Source: the human T2T-CHM13v2.0 reference genome, Homo sapiens | Length of the DNA: 64,000 bases | Assembly: GCF_009914755.1 (NCBI RefSeq) | Contig: NC_060945.1 | Direction: 5' to 3' (one strand) | Shown: positions 16,135-37,384 of the stretch, piece after piece | Position numbering within the stretch: the first letter of the stretch is position 1 | How the letters are laid out: every line of letters begins with the position of its first letter | The notes under the pieces: generated by a model | What the model saw: only the letters and a program-made list of their open reading frames with translations | Database searches by the model: none | What the model was told of the DNA's origin: nothing | Program-made: the position numbers and the translations under genes

Positions 16135-17352
16135 GCTGGAGCTTCTGGTGGGTGGACCATGCTGGAGCTTCTGGTGGGTGGGCGATGCTGGAGCTTCTAG
16201 TGGGTGGACGATGCTGAATCTTCTGGTGGGTGGACTATGGTGGAGCTTCTGGTGGGTAAATAATGTTGGAGCTTCTGGTGAGTAGACCATGGTGGAGCTT
16301 CTGGTGGATAAATTATGCTGGAGCTACTCATGGGTAAATCATGCTGGAGCTTCTGGTAGGTGGACCATGCTGGAGCTTCTGGTGGGTGGACCATGCTGGG
16401 GCTTCTGGTGGGTGAACCATACTGGAGCTTCTGGTAGGTGGACCATGGTGGAGCTTCTGGTGGGTAGACCATGGTGGAGCTTCTGGTGGGTGGAGCATGC
16501 TGGAGCTTCTGGTGGGGTAAATCATGCTGGAGCTTCTGGTGGGTAAATCATGCTGGAGCTTCTGGTGAGTAGACCACGGTGGAGCTTCTGGTGGATAAAT
16601 TATGCTGGCGCTTCTCGTGGGTAAATCATGCTGCAACTTCTGGTGGGTAAATCATGCTGGAGCTTCTGGTGAGTAGACCACGGTGGAGCTTCTGGTGGAT
16701 AAATTATGCTGGAGCTTCTCGTGGGTAAATCATGCTGGAGCTTCTGGTGGGTGGACCATGCTGGAGCTTCTCATGGGTAAATCATGCTGGAGCTTCTGGT
16801 GGGTGGATCATGCTGGAGCTTCTGGTGGGTGGATCATGCTCGAGCTTCTGGTGGATGGACCATGCTGGAGCTTCTGGTGGGTGGACCATGGTGGAGCTTC
16901 TGGTGAGTAGACCATGGTGGGAGCTTCTTGGAGGTAAATTATGCTGGAGCTTCTGATGGGTGGACCATGCTGGAGCTTCTGGTGGGTGGACCATGGTGGA
17001 GCTTCTGGTGGGTGGACCATGGTGGAGCTTCTGGTGGGTAAATTATGCTGGAGCTTCTGGTGGGTGGACCATGTTGGAACCTCTGGTGGGTGGATCATGC
17101 TGAAGCTTCTGGTGGGTAAATCATGCTGAAGCTTCTGGTGGGTAAATCATGCTGGAACCTCTGGTGGGTAAATCATGCTGGAGCTTCTGGTGGGTAAATT
17201 ATGTTGGAGCCTCTGGTGGGTAAATCATGCTGAAGCTTCTGGTGGGTAAATCATGCTAGAGCCTCTGGTGGGTAAATCATGCTGGAGCCTCTGGTGGGTA
17301 AATCATGCTGGAGCCTCTGGTGGGTAAATCATGCTGGAGCCTCTGGTGGGTG
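16135..17352. repeat. 26-bp G-rich minisatellite (~46-47 copies)
   Basis: Unit gctggagcttctggtggg(tggacc/taaatc)at. Confidence 0.96.
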
Positions 17353-17863
17353 GGGTATCCACACACCTGTGGGTGCCAATTGATAGTGGGGACTTCACCC
17401 CATGTCCCAGAATCCTGCAAGGAGGCCACATGCCCCATAAATTCTTTCCAGTAAGTTAATACGTCCACAGCACGCTGTGCGTTCCCCCAAAAATGACATC
17501 GGCCAATTACACTTTCAAATCACATGCCTTCCTGATGGGCAAAACTGGAAATGTGAACACACTTTAATCCTCAGATAATGTAATGGTTTACATCTGGGGC
17601 TCTTCAGGCAGCCCATGGCTGGTTCACGTTGCTCCCTTCCAATAAATGTTTTGCAGTATGTGTCTTGTTTAATAACGATTTAAACATGGAAAATAAATGC
17701 TTTCCTCTTAGGCGTCCACCTGTCTATCACCCGGAGTCTGGGAGGACGGCCCTTCTTTTCAACGGCATTCGCCAAGCCAGTCTCCATGAATCACTGACAG
17801 AGTCCTCTAATGGTTTCCTTTTTTGTTGTTGTTGTTTAACACTTAAGCATTGTTGTTGATTAA

Positions 17864-18169
<306 letters not shown>

Positions 18170-18248
18170 ATTTTTTTTCTTTTTTAGAACAGTCCATTTG
18201 TCCCTGGAAAGCTTCATATATATTTGTATATAATAATGTTGGAATTTC

Positions 18249-19545
<1,297 letters not shown>

Positions 19546-19873
19546 GCTACATATTTCAAAGTACTTCAGTGATGTAATTCACACCAATACGTCAATAACG
19601 AGATAAATAAATAACCTAAGACATTTTTTTCAGTGTTTGCCGTCGGAGTAATGAGCGCACCCAATCTGGTTGTAATTTTTCTCTCCCAGTTTGCTGAGCA
19701 GAGAGGCCCAGATTTTTCCAATGTGACTTGGGGCAAATTAACCTGGCTGGTCAGCTCAAGAGACAGAGATTAAGCCGCACTACAGCCAGGTACTGTTTCC
19801 AAGAAACTCAAGACTCCTTCCTCTGGCCCTGTGCACAGAGACAGCTGAGGATAAGACACCACCTTTACTTTAA

Positions 19874-20563
<690 letters not shown>

Positions 20564-20660
20564 TAAATAGCAGAATCCCCCTCAAAAAGCACCAGCCACT
20601 GTCTCTATAACTGGCCCACAGGGTCTCTTTGGGATGATTTTAAAACCCAGCACAACGAAG

Positions 20661-20992
<332 letters not shown>

Positions 20993-21091
20993 CAGTAAAG
21001 GAGTGAAGCTCTGAGACAGGCTACAATGTTCATGAATCTGAAAAGATAGCATTCTGTGAAAAAAGGCAAGCCCCAAAAAAACCACAGATTG

Positions 21092-22130
<1,039 letters not shown>

Positions 22131-22354
22131 TTATAAAGAACCGGAGTGCAACAGCTCCCCAAGGCACCCCCGGATTCCTGCAGCATGCACGTAATTGCAG
22201 CCAGACAGTAACCTCGCTGTGGCCTGTGTCCCAGCCCTAACCCTGCACCCCGCTTGGCACTCCCACATATGGGACAATTTTCCCAGCTGATTGCTGGAAA
22301 CTGATGAAGGGAAGTTATGTGGCCTCTTGTGACGGGCGGCCCCACAGCTGCTCT

Positions 22355-22359
<5 letters not shown>

Positions 22360-22411
<52 letters not shown>

Positions 22412-22920
22412 AGAGAGAGAGTGGGGGAGAGAGATAGAGACAGGGAAGAGAGAGAGACAGAGAGGGGAGAGAGAGGGGGGCAGAGATATAGAGACAGGGA
22501 AGAGAGAGAGAGAGAGACAGAGAGGGGAGAGAGAGAGAGATGGGGGGAGAGAGGGAGACAGAGGGGGAAAGAGAGAGGGGAGAGAGAGAAAGGGGGGAGA
22601 GAAAGAGACAGAGGGGAGAGGGGGGAGAGAGACAGAGGGGGGAGAGAGAGAGACAGAGGGGGGAGAGAGAGAGACGGGAGAGGGAGGGGAGAGAGAGACG
22701 GGAGAGGGAGGGGAGAGAGAGAGAGACACAGACAGAGAGATAGGGGAGAGAGAGACGGGAGAGAGGGAGGAGAGAGAGAGACAGAGACAGGGAGAGAGAG
22801 AGAGAGAGGAGAGAGACAGGGGAGAGAGAGAGAGGGGAGAGAGAGACAGAGAGGAGAGAGAGAGACAGAGAGAGAGAGACAGGGGAGAGAGAGGGGGGAG
22901 AGAGACACAGAGAGAGACAG
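22360..22920. repeat. Polypurine (GA/GGA) tract
   Basis: About 560 bp of nearly pure G/A, starting with perfect (GA)n. Confidence 0.96.
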
Positions 22921-22984
22921 CTCTCCTGGAAGATATTTTCTCTCTGTTCCAATTCCAGGGCATCTTTTGGAAGAAAAGGGATGA

Positions 22985-23986
<1,002 letters not shown>

Positions 23987-24182
23987 TTATGGAGAGAAAT
24001 ATTCAATTTTTACATAGTGCTTTTGTTTTAAAATGCAGCTTGACCCTCAGACAATGAGAGGCAGGCATTTTACAGAAGAGACATCAGAACTTTCTAGAAG
24101 GTGGGTGATTTTTCAGTGAGTATTCAGAGAATAAGTTGCAAAACAGAGGAAATGGCAACTTCTGAGCCTAAATTCAAGGGTT

Positions 24183-24490
24183 GGCCGAGCACAGTGGCTC
24201 ACACCTGTCATCCCAACACTTTGGGAGGCCAAGGCAGACATATCACCTGGGGTCAGGAGTTCAAGACGAGGCTGACCAACACGGTGAAAACCTATCTCTA
24301 CTAAAAATACCAAAATTAGCCAGGCATGGTGGTGGTGCCTGTAGTCACAGCTACTCAGGAGGTTAAGGCATGAGAATCACCTGAACCTGGGAGGCAGAGG
24401 TTGCAGTGAGCCGAGATTGTGCCACTGCACTCCAGCCTGGGAGACAGAGTGAGACTCCATCTCCAATACATACATACATATATACATAAA
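24183..24490 (+). mobile_element. AluS with (TACA)n tail
   Basis: Full dimer. Confidence 0.93.
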
Positions 24491-24891
24491 ATTAAGAGTT
24501 GTTCAGCCATGCTGTCCCCGGTCCCCAAACTCTTAACTTTTAGCGTTTCATAGAAAGTGCTAGGATTTACAAGGATGCCACTACCCTCGGCAGCCCACTA
24601 AGATGAAAGTGAGATGCCACCTGTGATGGTCATTGGAGCACCTTGCCACCCTCCTCAATGGGCACCGGTGAGGAGGGTGACAGGTGCTTGGAGTTCCTGT
24701 GGGTTCCGGGATTCCAAACTGTCACAGCGATAACCCAGGGTCGATGGTTTCCTGAGGAGTTTGGCAAACCTCAGCCCTTGGATTCATTCCTCAACATTCG
24801 TGAAGCAAAACAGACTTTTCAAATCATGTTTAAAACAATTAGCGTGTTTACCCAAACAAAGGTTAAGCCTGCAAAGGAAAAGCGTCTGTAA

Positions 24892-25258
<367 letters not shown>

Positions 25259-25674
25259 TCAAAGCTCATCTTCTAAGGCATGCAGAAACTCAGTCAGCTC
25301 CACAGATCTGAGGTCTAAATGAGCAGTGCAACCTTGCTTATGGAGACTCGGGTAGGCAGGGAGAACAGAGTCTTGGCCCAGGCCACCAAGGAGGAGGCAA
25401 GATGCCAGATGGAGAAGGGGTTGCCCCAAGCCCCAGGTTGACATGGAAGTTGGGAACAGCCAAGCAGAGAATCTCAGGATCTCCATGGAGGCTAAGAACC
25501 TTTCATTGGAGATTCAACTTTTGCAATAAGCAGTGCTGGGTTACATAAGTGCCTAATTAAGACCCTTGGAACTAATTATATAGGACAGAGAGGAGGTGAT
25601 GGTGAAGACGTGAGATTCTAAGCTGTGATGATACTTACCACATGAGAGGATCAAGACCCACCGATGAACTCCTG

Positions 25675-26281
25675 GTAGTAGAGAGAGGATAGGCAGATAG
25701 ACAGCTAGCTAGACAGATAGATAGATGACAGATAGATAATTGATACATAGATTGTAGATTCAATAGATAAATACACAGAGAATACATTAAATAGATGAAT
25801 GGATAGATGGATGAATGGATAGACACAGACATAGATAGATAGATAGATAGGTGGTCTTCATGTAAAGACAAGGTGTTTCTTCTGGAAGATTCATCAGGAA
25901 GGTGCCATCTTGGAGGCAAAGAAGAGCCCTCATCAGGGCTGTTTATCTATCCACCTACCTATCTATCAATATCTATTGATAGGTAGGTGGATAGATAGAT
26001 ACATAGATGATTGATAGATGATAGATGATGAATATATAGATAGATGATAGATGATTGATAGTTGATAGATGATTGATAGATGATTGATAGTTGATAGATG
26101 ATTGATAGATGATAGATGTTAGATACATAGATGATAGATTGATGATAGGTAGATGATAGATGAATATATAGATAAATGATAGATGATTGATAGAAAGATG
26201 ATAGATGTTAGATATATAGATAGATAGATAGTAGATAGATCAATTGACTGATAGATGATAGATAGGTAATAGACAGATAGG
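25675..26281. repeat. Degenerate GATA repeat with a foreign insert at 25851-25944
   Basis: GATA/GATGATA units. Confidence 0.92.
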
Positions 26282-26424
26282 AACTCTCCAGTCAGCCTAG
26301 ACTTAGCTAGTCAAGGTCCCATCTGTGGAGTTTCCAGGTGAACGTCATCTCTATTAGCCATTGAGCCCACGTAAATCATGTATCTGCATCTGCCTGGATT
26401 TGTTTTCACTGCTAGAACAGAGTC

Positions 26425-27425
<1,001 letters not shown>

Positions 27426-27464
27426 CCTTTTTTAATTCATGTTATGTTATGTTATTTTGTTTTT

Positions 27465-29317
<1,853 letters not shown>

Positions 29318-30028
29318 CCTTACAGTCCTTTTTAACTCACTTCTAGAAGAAACCATCTCAGCCACTTTTACACATCTGCAGCTGAGACAAGTGTGGGGCA
29401 CAGGTTTCCCTGGTGACCCAGGGAAGGGATCAAATTGCTGTGTCCACTTTGCAACACCAGCATCTACCAGGTACTGCGAGGCAGAAGCTCAAAACCATGC
29501 ATGACTTTCCTTGGCTTTTTTTTTTTTTAATAAACCTCTGTTCAAAAATAAACTTAACACGTTTTTCTGAGCAGCCTGAACCTGTTCCCAATTTCTTGTC
29601 CACACAATAAAAAATATACAAGTGCATTATTTTAAGGGTGACTCTAGCTGACCTTTCTGTGGGGAGAAAAACGGCACCTGCCTGGAGCCAGAAGCGTGTT
29701 CGGAGAGTTTGATGGCGTTTGATGTTAAGGCAGGGGCCACATGGGTCGGCCTGTCATCGAATGACGTTTTCACACCAGTCCCCAAAACAGGAGATCTGGA
29801 AAATCTGACATCCAAGGTTTTAGATCTTGGCTTAGAAAAACAGACATTCCAAGATGCCTGAAGTGTTTAAGTGGCTATTGCTAATTGGATAGTGTTGACT
29901 GTGGAAGTAATGGATCCCAAATTGAAATGGGAGATTAGATGATTAGACGTATTCTCCAGATGCTTACAAACACAATTATGTGTGTGCGTGTGTGTGTGGA
30001 GAGAGAGAGAGAGAAAGGTATATAGACA

Positions 30029-32570
<2,542 letters not shown>

Positions 32571-33857
32571 CTCCCCAGTCTGCCTAAGATATTTTCTGTT
32601 ATTTTATAAGACATAACCCTCATGAGTTCTTTTGTATCTGCTGCTGCTGTTATTCTGAAAATAGTGTAAAGTTTTGGAGTTTCAGGTACAAGAGGACCCT
32701 GCAGATATCAGCCACCTGCTTTTCCCTCCCTTCCTGGGGATGTTCGGTTCTGCCTAACACGCACTCTCTGGTACATCCCTGTGGGTCTCAGAGCCGCCCC
32801 CTCCTTGTCTGCAAAGAGGGAGGTGCGGTACCCACTCCGGGGACCCCCTTCATCCTTGGGGCACTCAGCGTGTGAGTCAGCTTGGCCTTCTCCTTCACAG
32901 ACAAGTGTCATTGTCACAAGAGAGCGTGGGCCATTCAGAGGACTCTCACCCTCATGAGGCTGGCATTGCGTGTCACCGCGTTGGAGCCAGAGGCAACCTC
33001 AAAACGCATGGGCCCTGCTTCCCTCTTCTCAGAAATGAGGAGAACCTCTGGTAGAGATGACTTTTGGGGGCTCGTGGGGTCGGTGCAGAGGGGGTGTCTG
33101 GGGCCGAGCTGGGACCCGGCTCTCAGGAGCCTCTTTACACTTCAGGTTGTCTGTGCCCGAGCAGATCCTGGGCTGTTGAATCATGGTAGGCAAACCACAG
33201 AACGATCTTTTGGGGTGAAACCTCAGGCTCTGTTCACTCACTGGCATCGTCAAATCACACCTGCAAAGAGCTGACAAACTATTCCCTAAGCACAGAAATC
33301 CTCATGCTTATTTGCGGCCATTCCGAGCCCTGCAGGTGGCTAGGGAGAGAGCCATAAGGTATTTCTTGTGGCGGGGGCGGGGGGCCCTCTCTGGCATTCC
33401 CAGGGCTGCCCCCAGGACCTGGAATCAAGCAGGAGAAAGAAGGACATAACCGAGAGAAGGCTTCCTCTCCGTGAGGCCGTGGAGTCCGGCCCTGGCGGAA
33501 AATAAACTTCTTAATACGATTGAGATCAACAGACAGGGCTTTTCTCTGTGATACATTTAAGCAAATTGAATGCAATTACCTCAATTGAATTCAGAGCAAG
33601 GCCTGCCCTGACCTTCCCTGAAGCGTTCTGCCCACTTGGAGAGCAGGCTGGGGCACACATGACATCATCTGGACAATTTGCACATATTTATACAATTTGT
33701 CATGATGCGGTCTGCACAGGCTAGAGGCTGCGAGGTTTGCCTCCAGCACCGCTGTGAAATCAGGCCTGTGAAAATCACGTGCTGGACATATCTCTTGTGT
33801 GTGCTATTTACTTCGAATTCAAGTGTACCTAGTCACTAGTGGGGGGAGTGGGGTGGA

Positions 33858-33858
33858 T

Positions 33859-33891
<33 letters not shown>
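33858..33891. repeat. (TG)n microsatellite
   Basis: Seen directly. Confidence 0.9.
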
Positions 33892-34671
33892 GCGGGCAGA
33901 AGATGCAAATCCGTTGATACAAATCAACAAGCAATATTATGGTATAAGGGAGGGAAATAAAGCCAGCAGGTGCTATAATACATGTCAAAAAAAAATCTGT
34001 TTTATGCTTATGCCACTGTAAGACAACAGACAGCTGTGTAGAGGTGTGGCTTCAGCGACTGCCGAGGAAGGGTTATTTGTGGGTACAGCCATGGGATGTC
34101 AGAGGTGTCTCTATTCTGACCTCAGGCACTGAGGTCCTGCCCACGAATGGCGTGGTAGTGTGGGGAATATCCGAAGGAAAACAGAGAGGTGTCTGGATGA
34201 TCTGTTTTGTTGCAGGAAGCAAACCAGCATGATGCAGGCAGCCTGAACTGAGAAAAGGAGGTTTCCGGATTTCCAAAGACACACTGAGTTCGCTGACATG
34301 TATCAGGGAGAAAAGCTCATTCAGAGATCTCCGCTGTATTACAAATTTTAATTTCTCCTGGCGTGGGAGTTCACAGCAGCCTTATGGAGGGAAATTCCTC
34401 CAAGCCTGCGTGTCATAAACTGAACTACAGGGTTTAGGGTCCTCAGGCTGCCCAGGGATGCTGGAGGTCCACAGGTCAACTGCAGGGAGATGGATTCCCC
34501 AAATGAGCAAGAGGGTTCTGATGCTCAGGAAATAGATTAGTAGCTCCAGGCAGGTGTGGCTTCATGACCGTAAGGAAATGGAAGCAAAGAGTTGTTGGGC
34601 ATGTAGAACTTTCATTTCTTGCACATTTATTCAGAGACAGAGCATATGCATTTTTGGTAGAAAATTCAATA

Positions 34672-35275
34672 TTGCTGTTGATCTCAAATTCAAGTGTAGC
34701 TGGGCACACATGCATACAGCTGTTAACCTTGAATTCAAGCGTACCTGGGCTGCTGTTTACTTTGAATTCAAGTGTATCTGGGCATGCATGCATACTGCTG
34801 TTCACCTCGAATTCAAGTGTAGCTGAGCACACATCTGTTCTCCTGTTTATCTCGAATTCAAGTGTTATCTGGGCATGCCTCGTGCTGCTGTTCACCTTGA
34901 AATCAAGTGTACCTGAGCACGCATCTGTTCTGCTGTTTATCTCGAATTCAAGTGTATCTGGGCATGCATCGTGCTGATGTTTACCTCGAACTCAAGTGTA
35001 GCTGGGCACACATCGTGCTGCCGTTCACCTTGAATTCAAGTGTACCTGAGCATGCATCCATACTGCTGTTTATCTCAAATTCAAGTGTACATGGGCACGC
35101 ATCTTTTCTGCTGTTTATCTCGAATTCAAGTGTAGCTGGGCACGCATGCATACTGCTGTTCACCTCGAATTCAAGTGTACCTGAGCACGCATCTGTTTTG
35201 CTGTTTATCTCCAACTCAAATGTACCTGAGCATGCATCTGTTCTGCTGTTTACCTCGAATTCCACTGTACCTGGG
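34672..35275. repeat. 45-bp minisatellite, 14 copies
   Basis: Unit ctgctgtttatctcgaattcaagtgtagctgggcacgcatgcata; cores 44-45 bp apart (one 33-bp unit). Confidence 0.95.
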
Positions 35276-35669
35276 TAGGCATGCCATACTTTTATTGGTT
35301 AACTAGAGCAATTTGTAAAGCAAACTATCATCATTTTCCCCAAGTTGTAACCCTTGGCAAATCATTTCCCCGAAGTTTCAACTTTGTTGAAATGGAAGCT
35401 AAGAAATTCCACACAATGTATATATTCCTGGTAAAGTTTGCCCAGTACCTGAGCCAACACCTAGGGAGGTAAGAGCAGACAGTGGAGGTTGGGGTACAGA
35501 CAGATTTGGGTGACCCAGACCAAATCTGATCTTCTAGAACCAACAAATCCCACAGAGACAGGACAAATTGGCCTGTTTGGGGCCAGCATCCTGCGGGATC
35601 CCAGACGCTTATGTTATGTGTATTTTAACACAATTTTAAAAATTGGAAAATAAAACAAAACACCTAGAG

Positions 35670-35985
35670 CCATGATCTCTAAGGCCATGTGTGTTCTGCA
35701 CCTATTACTTCTCACTCACTCCATTCCAGCCCCACTGGCCTTTTTCTGGCTCCTCAGACATGCCAAGCACTCCCTGCCTCAGGGCCTTTGCAGTGTCTGT
35801 TGCCCTCACGTGGAATGCTCTTCCCACAGATCTCTCTATGACTCTCTCTCTGTCACTTGCTCTGCTCTAATGTCTCTTTTTCAGTGAGGCCTTTCCTGAT
35901 CACCCTACAGAAAAGCACCCAGCAATATTCTCTATTCCTTTTCCTTGCCTTGTCTTGGTAGCACTTGCTCCTTGCTGACATATAG
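35670..35985 (+). mobile_element. L2 3' fragment
   Basis: gccaagcactccctgcctcagggcctttgca...tggaatgctcttcc...cagtgaggcctttcctga. Confidence 0.75.
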
Positions 35986-36435
35986 AAAGAATATGTGTTT
36001 ATGCAATGGTGAATGTGATGACCACAGATTTTTCCCCAGCCCTGTTCTAGGCAGAGACTGGGAAATGGGTCATTCCTGTCCCCTATTCCAATTCTCTCCT
36101 TCTATAATGGCTTATTTTCCTTTTTAATGTTCTAACCTAATGTCGAGCAATTTCAGTTGATTTTTTCATAAGCTGGAAGGTCCATGAAATCTCTTTCTAT
36201 GGCCATTATTTTCTCAAACACTGCAGTGTCTTTTTTCAGTGTTTTCCATATATAATGATATTCCTAGGAATATCTCCTTGGCCTTCCTATCTAAGTTCAC
36301 CCAATGTGGTGTTCTTCATATTTCAAGTAAATTCAATACTGCCTTCATAATTGTTGGCACCTTTAAACTTTTATTGTCCCTGATAGGTAGGTGCTCATCT
36401 TATTGGTTAAATGAATGATTTTGGCAATTTCGCTT

Positions 36436-36743
36436 TTTAAATTATTTTTATTTTTATTTTGAGACAGGGTCTCAGTCTGTTACCCAGGCTGGAGTGCAGT
36501 GACGTGATCTCAGCTCACTGCAGCCTCGACATCCCAGACTCAAGCAATCTTCCCACCTCAGCCTCCCAAGTAGTTGGGATTACAGACATGTGCCACAGCA
36601 CTCCACTAATTTTTTTCTATTTTTGTAGAGACAGGATCTTGTTATGTTTCCCAGGCTGGTCTGTAACTCATACACTCAAGTAATCAGCCCATCTGGGTCT
36701 CCCAAAGTGCTGGGATTACAGGCTTCAGCCACAATGCCCAGCC
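36436..36743 (-). mobile_element. AluJ
   Basis: gagacagggtctc...cactgcagcctcgac... Confidence 0.9.
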
Positions 36744-37384
36744 TAAAATGTCTTTTTGATAGAGTGATTTTGAAGATTAAGCAGGCTAGTGGGTCAAGCA
36801 CGTAGTACAACATTTGAAGCCCAAAGGCAGGGAGTGTGAGCCCCAGGTGGTGGTGGGGGGGATGAAAGGAGAAGCAGGAGGCAATGGGGAATGAGACACT
36901 TGAGACTGGAACTCAGGGCTCTTCAGAGAGAGAAGCTTCCAGGTCCTGGAGAAGGGGCAAGGCCCATGCGAGTCCCCTGAACGCTCAAAAGGAAGGGCCA
37001 GGTTTCCCTGACACAGAGGGCTCCGTGGTCTCCTCCCCTCCTTTTCACCTCAGGAGGGAGGGAAAGAGGGGAAGAGAAGGTCCTGCAGAGGAGGCAGGAT
37101 GGCCGGTTGAGGGGGGCCTTGGGCGCTTTTTCCCAAGGGCTGCCTCCTGCGGCTGCCCCAGGGGCTTCCTTGAACAAGAATTCCCTGCTCTCCCGCTGAG
37201 AGCCAGGGTGGGTCCTCTGTCCCTCACCATGAAGTTCAATGAGTATTGGAGAGTCCGCATGAGGTGAAGGGGCTTCAGCCCAACCACTGGTCCCTGCTGC
37301 ACTCACTCCTCAAAAAGGACCACCAGCTGCCTGATGGTGAGCATGGAGCAGGTCTGAGTGGACCAGACTAGGGCCAAGAAACAC

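Noticed and set aside
16135-17352. Chi-like motif and repetitive ORFs in the 26-bp array
   Set aside because: The units contain tctggtgg, not GCTGGTGG, and Chi has no established role in mammals; the ORFs are repeat translations.
34672-35275. CRISPR-like appearance (conserved palindromic core with variable intervening bases)
   Set aside because: The variable parts are homologous variants of one another rather than unique spacers, there are no cas genes, and the context is a primate genome; it is a minisatellite.
34476-35278. Repeat-protein ORFs (TLEFEINS / LLFISNSSV repeats)
   Set aside because: They follow from the 45-bp (15-codon) period, occur on both strands, and shift frame at 44-bp units.
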